Positions 43,283-53,090 of a DNA stretch of 64,000 nucleotides are shown piece by piece. Both the position numbers and the translations under genes were made by a program. This stretch comes from Promethearchaeota archaeon. GTDB taxonomy: Archaea; Asgardarchaeota; Lokiarchaeia; Sigyniarchaeales; SOKP01. Where the stretch lies: NCBI GenBank assembly GCA_029838195.1, contig JALGVJ010000010.1, positions 1 through 64,000 of the forward strand. Reading direction: 5' to 3'. Under the pieces are notes generated by a model. It did no database searches, had not been told where the DNA came from, and saw only the letters and a program-made list of their open reading frames with translations. Numbering within the stretch: the stretch's first letter is position 1; each line of letters starts with the position of its first letter.

Positions 43283-44593
43283 ATGGTTGCGTCGATAAGA
43301 AAAGAAGAGATCATCTTTTTCATTAATTTAATCACGGATTATCTTCCGAAGAAAACAATATTAAAAAGCTTGCGAAATTTTATACGAGAAAAAAAAAAAT
43401 ATAGTTTAAGTAATCCCAGTTCTTTTGGCTTAGTATTATTCCAGCAAGATAGCGATCCGATTGCCATTTATGATGAACCAAATGAAGTAAAAATCCTCGA
43501 ACTTCTTGATCATGCTTGGGAATCTCGAGAAATGGAAAAAAATTCGTTTGAAAACGGATTATTCGAAATTCTCTCTTATGTTTTCAGAAAAGGAAGAGAA
43601 ATTAAAAATGTTTACCGAGTTCTCGTGATCTCTGATGCTGCAAGCACGCGCTCAGATGAGTATTACAATGCAGCGTATGAATTAATTATTAAAGCTAAAT
43701 ATTTTGATACCATTATAGATGTTATTCGTGTAGGAGACACCACTTTTTATGAAGATGAAATTCGCTTAAAAGTAATAACATCGGAATCTAATGGCGGATT
43801 GTTTTTCTGTGATGCCAAGCAATTTGATATAGTGCTTAGTTCCTTAATCCAAAGGAAATCGGAATTCCCTATTATCCAACCAACGAGAGAGGATCTAGAA
43901 AAAATGATGGAAGATAAAACATTTTACGAGAAACTCGCGGTAGATCTCATTTCTTTAGATATAGATGATGAAAGAATCTGTAGTATTTGTCAAAAAGAAA
44001 TCTGTGCCATCTGTGAATTAAATTCGGATGATTTAAGTAAGTGTTTTAATTGCGGAGCTAAATTCCATTCTTGCTGTATTACCGAATATGCCATTGCAAA
44101 TAATATTGGACTAAAGCATATCTTTAGATGCCCTAATTGTGAAACCCTTTTAAAAATTGATGAAGAATTCGCTAAAATACTATATACAGAAAAATTTGAA
44201 GAAGATATGGAAGAAAAAATTGAAAATAAAGTAGTCGAGAAAGAAATAATTGAAAATGAATTACAAGTTAATGAGAGTGGACAAGTGAAAGAAAATATAA
44301 TTAAATCCGAACTTGAAGAGGAAAAACCTCCCGAAACTCCGCAAAAAGTTGAAGAGGAAGTGATTGAGGAAAAAGAAATTACCGTTGGAGGGTATTTTGG
44401 ACCAAGAGTTAAAGTTAAAACAAAAAAGCAATTAAAAATTAAAGAGTTAGAAGAGCCCCTCCAAGAAGAAAATATTCCTGTTAGAAAGTCCATAACGTCT
44501 TTAAAGCCTCCTAGCAAGGTTAAAATTTGCCCAATTTGTGGCGCTAATATTTTTAACTCTTTTAAATGTAATAATTGTGGATATCGTTTCTAA
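43283..44593 (+). CDS. vWA + RING-like + C-terminal zinc-ribbon protein, paralog B
   Basis: Colinear with paralog A: FENGLF, RVLVISD, IDVIRV, SNGGLFF, CSIC..CAIC..CFNC..FHSCC..IFRCPNC, CPIC..CNNC. Confidence 0.8.
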   Translation: MVASIRKEEIIFFINLITDYLPKKTILKSLRNFIREKKKYSLSNPSSFGLVLFQQDSDPIAIYDEPNEVKILELLDHAWESREMEKNSFENGLFEILSYVFRKGREIKNVYRVLVISDAASTRSDEYYNAAYELIIKAKYFDTIIDVIRVGDTTFYEDEIRLKVITSESNGGLFFCDAKQFDIVLSSLIQRKSEFPIIQPTREDLEKMMEDKTFYEKLAVDLISLDIDDERICSICQKEICAICELNSDDLSKCFNCGAKFHSCCITEYAIANNIGLKHIFRCPNCETLLKIDEEFAKILYTEKFEEDMEEKIENKVVEKEIIENELQVNESGQVKENIIKSELEEEKPPETPQKVEEEVIEEKEITVGGYFGPRVKVKTKKQLKIKELEEPLQEENIPVRKSITSLKPPSKVKICPICGANIFNSFKCNNCGYRF

Positions 44594-44713
44594 AAATTGA
44601 TTTTCTTTTTTTTTCCTTCATTTTTTTCAAAATCATCTTTTCAATCAAGTCAATTTTAAAATTAAAAATATCTTAATCAATCATAATTATTATAGTGAAT
44701 TTAATATTTAATA

Positions 44714-45286
44714 ATGGAGCTCACACCTCGCAAGATACTCGAGGATTTGAAGAAGAATCTCATGAATGAGAAAATGGCAATGGATTTGTTAATTTATTTT
44801 TTAGAACATGTGAATGATGATGAGATACGGGTAGAAAGTTTAAAAGCAATTAAAAAGATCAACTATTCTAATGAAAAGCTATTTGCACTTTTAGAATATT
44901 TGATGATTTCAGATATTAAAGAAGAAATTAGAAAGCTCTCCTTTAATATCCTCGTGAGCAAGTTTCCAAAAGAGAAAATTATTAAACCGCTTTTATATGC
45001 TATTCAACACGAGAAGAATGCATTATTAATACAACTAGTTGATTACTTAGCAAAAGTTAACGGTTTTTTATGTAAAATTTCCTTAGTTAAAAAACTCTTA
45101 TCGTTAGAATCGGCATGTTTAGAATACTTCCAAGATTATTCTTACTTGATGCGTCAATCTTTAGAGGAATTACAATTGATTCTCTTGAGATATTTATTCA
45201 ACAAATCTTCTGAATCCTTGTATTTTCATAGAAGAAAAATTGTTCTTGCCTTAGACGAACAAGATCTTGATCTTTTTATAAAATGA
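44714..45286 (+). CDS. Short HEAT-repeat protein
   Basis: DDEIRVESLKAI, SDIKEEIRKLSFNIL. Confidence 0.65.
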   Translation: MELTPRKILEDLKKNLMNEKMAMDLLIYFLEHVNDDEIRVESLKAIKKINYSNEKLFALLEYLMISDIKEEIRKLSFNILVSKFPKEKIIKPLLYAIQHEKNALLIQLVDYLAKVNGFLCKISLVKKLLSLESACLEYFQDYSYLMRQSLEELQLILLRYLFNKSSESLYFHRRKIVLALDEQDLDLFIK

Positions 45287-45292
45287 GGAAGA

Positions 45293-45570
45293 TTACTCAA
45301 GGAATGTAATTTTAACATTAAGTGCTCGTCCTTCTTGAATTAATTGGGTTTCAAGTTCGCCGGGAGAAATGCGTGCTCCTTACACGATGGCAGAATAATA
45401 TACGGTTTTCTGATCTTTTTCTAAAACGTTCCCCTCACCATGAATGATGGAGAATCATAATTCTCCTAAAATAGATGCTATTTGTCCTAACGCACCAAGA
45501 ACATCCTCAATGGATATTTCAAGTTTTAATACTTGCTGATTTTCAACCCACCCTAATGAGCTGCATGATC
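45293..45570 (-). pseudogene. ACT-domain gene remnant
   Basis: LKLEISIEDVLGALGQIASILGEL*FSIIHGEG...SAIV*GARISPGELETQL...VKITFLE*, with in-frame TGA (45455-45457) and TAA (45380-45382). Confidence 0.7.
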
Positions 45571-45616
45571 TTTATTACTTTTACTTCTGAGTTCCTTTTA
45601 TTTTATAATCTTGCCA

Positions 45617-46924
45617 TTAAAAGGTGATTAAGTCAATACCCAACAATGATGCTAATCTCATTAATTTACTTCCATGGGTTCCACGAGCAATGATCCAATG
45701 ATGTCCTAAGCCGGCCTCTTCCACGATGTTTAAAAAATCTGGGATGCTTACCGGTAATCTCACCTTAATGGGATTTCCAGGAAAGATGAGCTCTGTTTCA
45801 AGAGCTACTCCCTCTAAAACACCCATTCTATAAGTCCCCTTTCTCCCGACTAGATTTGCCATTGTCACTTTACCGGTTTGAGAAGGAAAAAGAACACAAG
45901 TCCCTTTATTTGCTAAACGTACGTGTGCCAATTCAATAGCCCGTGGCGAGCTTGCTAATTTAAAAGAACCGCATCCACAATGACTACCTAATAAACAATT
46001 TTCTTGTTCAAAAAAATATAATAAATCTATGTTATGAACGGGCTCACCTGAAAATTTCATGAGAATATACATTAAGATTAATGAATTGAGATCTCCTTCA
46101 CATGCGCCAGGAATTCCCTCATCAGCTAAAAGGCTGAAAGCAAGGCACGCTTCCCCCATGTGAGAGGGATAACATTGAATCGTGATCCCACTCCATTGTC
46201 CGGATTCGATTATCTCTTTTAAGGCAAAATAATTTTTTATTGCCATTATTCCATCAGTATCCGTAATTGAAATCTTTCCTACTCGAGATTTTATTTCTTC
46301 CCAAGTGCTCATTACCATGACATCAGTGAATTTCTTAGATATTTCACGGAATTTCTCAAATGCAATGGATTCAACCCTCGGACCGATTATTTCTCGAATG
46401 GAAAATTCATCACATGCTACTTCTAACATGCCTTGAGTTCGAGTGCCAATTTGACCTAATCGTATCCTTTTCAATTGATTCCTCAAAGCAACACATTGAG
46501 CATATTCCATGATTTTTTGAAGGGCTCTCTCATCCTCGCCGTAAACGAAAATGCATTCTTTCCCTAATTCTTTAAAAATCATGTTAAATTGCTGACCACC
46601 GCATAAACTCCCGGCATGAAGATGAGAATACGTCCAAAAAATATAAGGCACTTCACATTCTGAAAAGATTTCGAGTAGAAGTTCATCGGAACTCCATGTA
46701 GCAAGTTTTAAGCATGCTACATCTACCCCAACTTGTTTAAATTTCCTTCCGACTTTAATTGCTGAGTTTAAATCTTTAATTAGATCATCGGCTACAACAA
46801 TTTCAAGGTCTTTTTTTGAGGTTAATATTGCTTTTCCATTTTCAAAGATCTCTTGAGCCATATCGGCGTTCTCTTCAAATGGATGGAAGATCACGGCAAA
46901 TCCAATTTTTGGAATAATTTTCAT
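45617..46924 (-). CDS. L-fucose/L-arabinose isomerase family protein
   Basis: GSLCG, ACEGD, SHCG, GLGHHW. Confidence 0.85.
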   Translation of the reverse strand: MKIIPKIGFAVIFHPFEENADMAQEIFENGKAILTSKKDLEIVVADDLIKDLNSAIKVGRKFKQVGVDVACLKLATWSSDELLLEIFSECEVPYIFWTYSHLHAGSLCGGQQFNMIFKELGKECIFVYGEDERALQKIMEYAQCVALRNQLKRIRLGQIGTRTQGMLEVACDEFSIREIIGPRVESIAFEKFREISKKFTDVMVMSTWEEIKSRVGKISITDTDGIMAIKNYFALKEIIESGQWSGITIQCYPSHMGEACLAFSLLADEGIPGACEGDLNSLILMYILMKFSGEPVHNIDLLYFFEQENCLLGSHCGCGSFKLASSPRAIELAHVRLANKGTCVLFPSQTGKVTMANLVGRKGTYRMGVLEGVALETELIFPGNPIKVRLPVSIPDFLNIVEEAGLGHHWIIARGTHGSKLMRLASLLGIDLITF

Positions 46925-47121
46925 GATACCTCTTTTCTCTTTTTAACAATTTAGATGATTTTATTAAAGAAATTTAAATTTTAAAAATAATTAATGATAC
47001 TCGAAATAAGTAAGCTATTAAATATCACACACACATCCTTTATGTTTTTAGTAACTCTTTTAAAGAATTATTCATTAAAAAAGTAGTAAAAAAATTAAAA
47101 CATCAGAAAAAGTGATGGAAA

Positions 47122-47907
47122 ATGGATAATTTTGCCATGGTACGAAATTTTGATCAAGCCGGATATTATGAAACACGCATGATCTTACTGATTTTTGCCT
47201 TAGCCTTATCTCTTTATTTCATGACTAAAAAAAAGGATAAAAATTATATTGTTATTTTTCTTAGCTCCGCTATTTTCTTCAGTATCGTAGAATTAATCAT
47301 GACAATTTTGGGGATGAGAGCAGAAAATTGGACTATTTCGATTTTTGGCTTAATAATTCCCTCTTATTTAACGTGGATTGTCCAAGGCTTTGGTGAAGGG
47401 TGTATTTATGGAGTCTCTGGATTTTTATTCTTAGACATGTATTTAAAGAGAGCAGATAAAACCGAATATAATTTACGCCGAAATTTATTCATTGTCGATA
47501 TGGTGCTAGTTTTTGGTTGCTCCATTATTATTGGAATTGTAGCCTATAAGAGACCCATAACTTCGGTGAGGCCCATGTTTGGCGTGGTTCAATTTCTATA
47601 TTTAACGTCCGTCATCATCATAAGTATTATTTTAGCAAAATTTTATGGAGGTCCAGGTTTCTTTAAGATGCTTGCTTATTATTTATTAGGATCCTTTCTT
47701 TTTATAGTCATTAATCTTGAATTCTTGCAGTTCATCGATGTAAGATATATTGGTGTATTAAGAGAGGACGGAACGGTTGTAAAAGCAAATCTTGGATATC
47801 AGATTCTTATCATGGTTTATTCCTATTTATACGAAATTACCCTTCCACGAGCCCATTATCTCGTTGTCCCAGTCGCTTTAGGTCTTATTAAACTTGAGAA
47901 AAAATGA
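47122..47907 (+). CDS. Hypothetical multi-pass membrane protein
   Basis: About 7 hydrophobic segments. Confidence 0.7.
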   Translation: MDNFAMVRNFDQAGYYETRMILLIFALALSLYFMTKKKDKNYIVIFLSSAIFFSIVELIMTILGMRAENWTISIFGLIIPSYLTWIVQGFGEGCIYGVSGFLFLDMYLKRADKTEYNLRRNLFIVDMVLVFGCSIIIGIVAYKRPITSVRPMFGVVQFLYLTSVIIISIILAKFYGGPGFFKMLAYYLLGSFLFIVINLEFLQFIDVRYIGVLREDGTVVKANLGYQILIMVYSYLYEITLPRAHYLVVPVALGLIKLEKK

Positions 47908-48150
47908 GAAATTATTTTCATGATATTATTTCACATATTTTCATTAAGATATAACAATTTTTATTATATTCAATCAAATCTTAACAAGGCTGAATTATAT
48001 TATTAGCCAACATTAATCCTTTAATTATTTTTCTCTCATTGGTTAATCTTCTCTTATTAAATTCATTCAATAGATTCAAGAAAAATTCTTCATTTCAATT
48101 CTTATTAAATACAACTTACACGTGTAAAAATTATCATAAATCGTTAAAAA

Positions 48151-49164
48151 ATGTTTAAAAAACCAAGAGTTTTATCTTATGGATTAGGTGTAATAGGAAA
48201 GAAAATTCTTAAGCAACTTCTTTCCACGGATAGATTTGAAGTAGTCGGGGCTATTGATATTAATAAAGAGATCGTGGGAAAAGATCTCGGGGATGTATTA
48301 AAGTTAGGAAAAAAGCTAAATGTAATTATTTCTAACGATCCTGAAAGTGAACTCTCAGAAAAAAAACCCGATATCGTCATTCACACCACGCAATCCTATC
48401 TAAGGCAGGTTTATTCCCAATTAGAAGGCATTGTTAAAAAAGGCGTGAATGTTATTTCTACTTGTGAAGAATTAGCAAATCCATACATCTCTTCTCCTAA
48501 TTTAGCAGCAAAACTCGATGTCATGGCAAAACAAAAAAATGTTTCTATATTAGGCACGGGGATTAATCCGGGATTTTTAATGGATTACCTTCCCCTAGTA
48601 TTAACGGGACCTTGTGCTCGAGTGGATAAAATTGAGGTAATAAGACAGATTAATGCCTCAACCAGGCGATTACCTTTTCAAAAGAAAATCGGAGCAGGAT
48701 TAACTCGAGAAGAATTTGTTCTTAAAATAAAAGAAGGAAGCATCACTGGGCATGTTGGACTTGAACAATCGCTGGCCATGATTGCTGCGGGCTTAAATTG
48801 GAAATTAGAACAGATTGAAATCGAAGAAAGTAAACCAATAATTTCTGAAGAGGGCGTTTCAAGTGAATTCCTCAAAGTTAAAGCTGGAGATGCTTGTGGC
48901 CTTACTCAAAAAGCACGGGGCTTCATGAAAGGGGAGGAAAAAATTTCATTGGATTTTAGAGCATGGTTGGGCGCACCAGAAGAATTTGATTCAATCACTA
49001 TCACGGGAGTTCCAAGTTTTACTCAAAAAATAATACCTTGCGTGCAAGGAGATATTGGAACGGTTTCCATGATAATTAATTCCATTCCTCGAATAATTGA
49101 CGCTCATCCGGGATTAATTCTAATGAAAGATCTTCCTCCGCCCATTTCACTTTCAGGACTATAA
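48151..49164 (+). CDS. Dihydrodipicolinate reductase-like / 2,4-diaminopentanoate dehydrogenase family NAD(P) oxidoreductase
   Basis: YGLGVIG, NVISTCEE, LGTGINPGFLMD, GHVGL. Confidence 0.85.
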   Translation: MFKKPRVLSYGLGVIGKKILKQLLSTDRFEVVGAIDINKEIVGKDLGDVLKLGKKLNVIISNDPESELSEKKPDIVIHTTQSYLRQVYSQLEGIVKKGVNVISTCEELANPYISSPNLAAKLDVMAKQKNVSILGTGINPGFLMDYLPLVLTGPCARVDKIEVIRQINASTRRLPFQKKIGAGLTREEFVLKIKEGSITGHVGLEQSLAMIAAGLNWKLEQIEIEESKPIISEEGVSSEFLKVKAGDACGLTQKARGFMKGEEKISLDFRAWLGAPEEFDSITITGVPSFTQKIIPCVQGDIGTVSMIINSIPRIIDAHPGLILMKDLPPPISLSGL

Positions 49165-49216
49165 AAACGATAAAAATGATAACAGGGAACTAAAAAAATA
49201 AGAGAAAATTTATTTG

Positions 49217-49666
49217 TTAATCGTTTTTTACCTTTTTATCTATTTTTAATCTAAATCGGGCAAATATCGTAAGAATTACTCCGAGAAAGCCATAACTTCC
49301 ATTAAGGATTCCAAGAAAAATTCCGAACAGATCAGAAAGTAAAGATCCTGCTATTAAACTCGTGGTAATAAAAATTAATAGCCCTATTGACCCCATTCCT
49401 GCTCCTAATCCGATTATGAATTTACCTAAACGATATTGATTTAATGTAATTATAAGGGCTCCACCAATAACAGAAATCCCTCCCCCCGTTGCTATGATGG
49501 AGAAGATTAGAAGTATGATTGAAAATGTTAAAGCGGATTCTGGACCGATAATGCTGGATGCTATTCCGAATATTAAAATAAAAAAAGATACATTGCCCAC
49601 GATGGAACTGATAAGCATTAAAATTCCGCCAATAATGCATGTAATTATCCATTTTTTATTTTCCAA
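49217..49666 (-). CDS. Gly-rich four-TM membrane protein
   Basis: Four hydrophobic Gly-rich segments, TTG start. Confidence 0.65.
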   Translation of the reverse strand: MENKKWIITCIIGGILMLISSIVGNVSFFILIFGIASSIIGPESALTFSIILLIFSIIATGGGISVIGGALIITLNQYRLGKFIIGLGAGMGSIGLLIFITTSLIAGSLLSDLFGIFLGILNGSYGFLGVILTIFARFRLKIDKKVKND

Positions 49667-49869
49667 GGGGTAATCCCTCTTGAATTATTTATCATTTAAT
49701 CTTTTTAACTATGATATATTTAGTCATTTTTCATTAAAAATTTTAAAGGAGAAAATTTTTTTCTCCTTCACCATGAATTTTTGTAATGATATTTTTTTTG
49801 TGAACTTATTTTTACATAATTTGAAGCTTATGAAAGTAATAAATTGGAAAAAAAAGAATAGGAGTAAGA

Positions 49870-50649
49870 ATGAAAAGTGATGACATGACAAAAAATAAAG
49901 AAACCGTTGGAGCCAATTCCATAATAGGAATTCTAGGTGGCATGGGCCCAGAAGCGACAGTCTATCAATACCAATTAATTGTGAAACATACCCCCGTATC
50001 TAAAGATCAAGACCATGTTCCAACCATTATATATTCAAATCCATTAATTCCAGACCGCACCGAAAGTATTCTTACTAATTCGCATGAAAAAATAATAAAA
50101 GAACTCATCAAAACGGCTAAAGTATTAGAATCCGCAGGAGCCAGTTTTATTATCATTCCATGCAATACTGCTCACTATTATTTAGAGCATGTTCAAAAAG
50201 CCATTTCCATTCCGATTATTGACATGATTCAAATTACAGCAGAAAAAGTAAATCAAGACTTTGATAATTCAGACAAAAAAAAGAGAGAATATCGGATTGG
50301 ATTATTAGCAACTAATGGAGTTATTAAAACACGAATATATCATGAAAAATTTAAAACTCATGAAATGCAGATTTTAACGCCTAATGATGAAGACCAAGAA
50401 AAACTCATGAATATCATCCACGATATTAAAATAAATGGAATTAAAAATAGCTTAAAAAAAGATTGTATCCGAATTATAAATAATTTACAAGATAAATATC
50501 CCCTAAGCCACGTGATATTAGGATGTACGGAATTACCCTTACTTTTTCAAGGAAATAATAAAATCAACCAAACCTTGCTAATAAATCCGATGGAAATTTT
50601 GGCAAAACATCTTATAATTAATATCAAGGGAAAAATAAAAGAAAGTTGA
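49870..50649 (+). CDS. Aspartate/glutamate racemase family (aspartate racemase-like)
   Basis: GILGGMGPEAT, PDRT, PCNTAH, LGCTEL two-Cys motifs. Confidence 0.92.
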   Translation: MKSDDMTKNKETVGANSIIGILGGMGPEATVYQYQLIVKHTPVSKDQDHVPTIIYSNPLIPDRTESILTNSHEKIIKELIKTAKVLESAGASFIIIPCNTAHYYLEHVQKAISIPIIDMIQITAEKVNQDFDNSDKKKREYRIGLLATNGVIKTRIYHEKFKTHEMQILTPNDEDQEKLMNIIHDIKINGIKNSLKKDCIRIINNLQDKYPLSHVILGCTELPLLFQGNNKINQTLLINPMEILAKHLIINIKGKIKES

Positions 50650-50923
50650 AAAAATTAAAAAATTCTCGTTCAAAATCTAAAATTAACTATAAGATGGCCA
50701 AAATTCTACTTTTAATTAAAGTTCCCGGAGGATATATTACATGACGATTGGAATTTTCCTCTCGTTAAAATCTATCCTAAGAAAAATCATAATTAAAACA
50801 CGTTATAGGCATCCCGGATTATTAAAGCGTGTCATTTCTAGTTGTCTTTTTTTGCCTTTAATTCTTTTTATTATTATTCAATACATTCTAATGAGAAATA
50901 AAAATAATTTTGGAAATAGAAAA

Positions 50924-51892
50924 ATGGTTGAATATGCGGATATTTTAGAAGCTTATCAAAGAATTAAAACTGAAATAAACAAAACCCCAGTAATGACCTC
51001 AAGAACATTAAATGCAATGGTGAATGCTAAAGTTTTTCTTAAATGTGAAAATTTTCAGAGAATTGGAGCTTTTAAAATGAGAGGAGCATTTAATGCCATT
51101 TCTCAATTGACAGAAGAAGAAAAAAAGCGCGGGGTAATTGCTCATTCCAGTGGAAATCATGCGCAAGCCGTGGCGTTAGCTGCGAATTTGCTCGGGGTCA
51201 AAGCTACAATTGTAATGCCTTCTACCTCTCCAAAAGTTAAAGTTAATGCCACGAGGGATACTTATGGAGCAGAAGTTGTGTTTTGTGACCCTACAATAAA
51301 AGCGAGAAGTGAAACAGCTCAAAAATTAATTGAGCAACATGGGTATACGCTCATTCATCCTTATGATAATGAGGACGTCATTGCGGGTGCTGGAACTGCT
51401 GCCCTTGAATTATTTGACCAAGTTAATGGATTACAAATGGTTTTTGCTCCCGTAGGAGGTGGAGGACTCTTGAGCGGAACCTCCTTGTTCGTGAAAGGAT
51501 ATAATAAAGAAATTAAAGTTATTGGAGTTGAACCAAAAAATGTAGACGACGCATATCGTTCCTTTATATCGGGTAAAATTGAGGTAAATGAAACGACAAA
51601 TTCCATTGCGGATGGATTGCTGACCAATTTGAGTGAATTAACTTTCAGCATTATCAAAAAGAATGTTGATCAAATCATTACTGTTTCTGAACGAGAGATA
51701 CTCAATGCCATGCGCTTTGCTTGGGAGAGAATGAAAATTATTATCGAGCCTTCGGGAGCATGCTCGTTAGCAGGCGTAATGTCTAAACAAATACCCGTTG
51801 AAAACAAAAAAATTGGCGTGATAATAACCGGAGGCAATGTGGATTTAACTGACTTTTTCAATCTTCTAGAAAATAAAATTTCAAATTTTTAA
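50924..51892 (+). CDS. PLP-dependent threonine/serine dehydratase or serine racemase
   Basis: Probable start is ATG 50924 (MVEYADI). KCENFQRIGAFKMRGA, SSGNHAQ, PVGGGGLLSG, EPSGA, TGGNVD. No regulatory ACT domain. Confidence 0.9.
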   Translation: MVEYADILEAYQRIKTEINKTPVMTSRTLNAMVNAKVFLKCENFQRIGAFKMRGAFNAISQLTEEEKKRGVIAHSSGNHAQAVALAANLLGVKATIVMPSTSPKVKVNATRDTYGAEVVFCDPTIKARSETAQKLIEQHGYTLIHPYDNEDVIAGAGTAALELFDQVNGLQMVFAPVGGGGLLSGTSLFVKGYNKEIKVIGVEPKNVDDAYRSFISGKIEVNETTNSIADGLLTNLSELTFSIIKKNVDQIITVSEREILNAMRFAWERMKIIIEPSGACSLAGVMSKQIPVENKKIGVIITGGNVDLTDFFNLLENKISNF

Positions 51893-51911
51893 TTTCTTAT
51901 TTTGGAAGATA

Positions 51912-53090
51912 ATGACATTAAAATTATATTGGAAAACACCTTACAAATCAGAATTTCAAGCACGCGTGAAATCCATTTCAGAAAAAGGGCTTCTCCTTGA
52001 TAAAACGTTATTTTATCCCCAAGGAGGAGGACAGAAATGTGATAAAGGAGTACTCTTTAAAAAAACAAAAACGGTTCCCGTTTTAAGAGTAATTCAAGAA
52101 GATAAAGATATTTATCATCAAATTCCTATTCCCGATTTAAATCATTTTAACGTTGGGGATGAGATTAAAGGCAAAATCGATTGGGAATATCGTTTTGGTT
52201 TAATGAAAGCTCATTCTTCACAACACGTGTTTTCCGCCGTGCTATATAATCATTTCAAAATTTCTACTACTAAAGTTTTTATTAATTCTGAGGAAGTATC
52301 CATTCATTTTGATAAAAACATCACAATTGAGCAATTAAAAGCCGCATTAAAGAAGGTAAATGAAATTTGCATTTCCAAAAATCATTTAATAACTTCCAAA
52401 ATTTTAAGCCCTTCGGAAGTCATGAACTTGACAAATAAAATAAGAGGACACATTCCTGATAAAAAAACGCTCCGGCTAATTGAAATAGATGAGGTGGATA
52501 AAACTTTCTGCGGAGGAACTCATGTTAAAAATACTATTGAAATTGGACCACTTTTCATCCATGAGTTTAAAAAAGGAAGAGAAATTAAATATTACCTGGG
52601 AAAGAAAGCTTCAGATCTTCTTTCCGTGATTAATGCTGATTTATTGGATTTAACAAATCAATTAAATAACCCCCTCACGGAATTAAAATACTTGATATCC
52701 AAGAGATTTGAACAAAATGAAGCCTTAAAACGAGAAAAAATAAAAATATTATCTCAACTTTTTAAAAAATGTGCAACCCATCCCGACCAAACCATACATG
52801 ACATTAAACTATCCATAATAGAATCGGATCTAGAAAGCATCATGCTCAATAAGATGATGAAAGAATTTCCTCCTGAGCACGTGCTTATTTTGATATTAAA
52901 TGAAAATAAAATTAAAATTTTATCAACCAGCGAAAAAATAACGGCAAACGTGCTCATGCAACAATTATTAAAAAAATTTAAAGGTAGAGGGGGAGGGTCT
53001 CCTTCACAAGCTCAAGGTAAATTAAAAAATTTCCCAGTAGATTTAAGTTCTGAAGTTATAAATATCATTAATTTCTTACTAGGGTCTTAA
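51912..53090 (+). CDS. alaX: AlaX alanyl-tRNA editing protein with C-terminal DHHA1 domain
   Basis: TLFYPQGGGQ, HSSQH, CGGTH, GRGGGSPSQAQG. Confidence 0.88.
   Translation: MTLKLYWKTPYKSEFQARVKSISEKGLLLDKTLFYPQGGGQKCDKGVLFKKTKTVPVLRVIQEDKDIYHQIPIPDLNHFNVGDEIKGKIDWEYRFGLMKAHSSQHVFSAVLYNHFKISTTKVFINSEEVSIHFDKNITIEQLKAALKKVNEICISKNHLITSKILSPSEVMNLTNKIRGHIPDKKTLRLIEIDEVDKTFCGGTHVKNTIEIGPLFIHEFKKGREIKYYLGKKASDLLSVINADLLDLTNQLNNPLTELKYLISKRFEQNEALKREKIKILSQLFKKCATHPDQTIHDIKLSIIESDLESIMLNKMMKEFPPEHVLILILNENKIKILSTSEKITANVLMQQLLKKFKGRGGGSPSQAQGKLKNFPVDLSSEVINIINFLLGS

Noticed and set aside
44378-44404. ITVGGYFGP resembling a p44 segment recalled as LTLGGYFCP
   Set aside because: It is in a different position relative to the RING and lacks the Cys. 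Probably coincidence, so not used as evidence.
45455-45457. In-frame TGA as a second selenocysteine
   Set aside because: It falls at a Gly position of an ACT fold, the frame also has a TAA, and no SECIS-like stem is seen.
50741-50923. N-terminal hydrophobic extension of the dehydratase
   Set aside because: The family-typical sequence starts at ATG 50924. The extension looks like translated AT-rich spacer.
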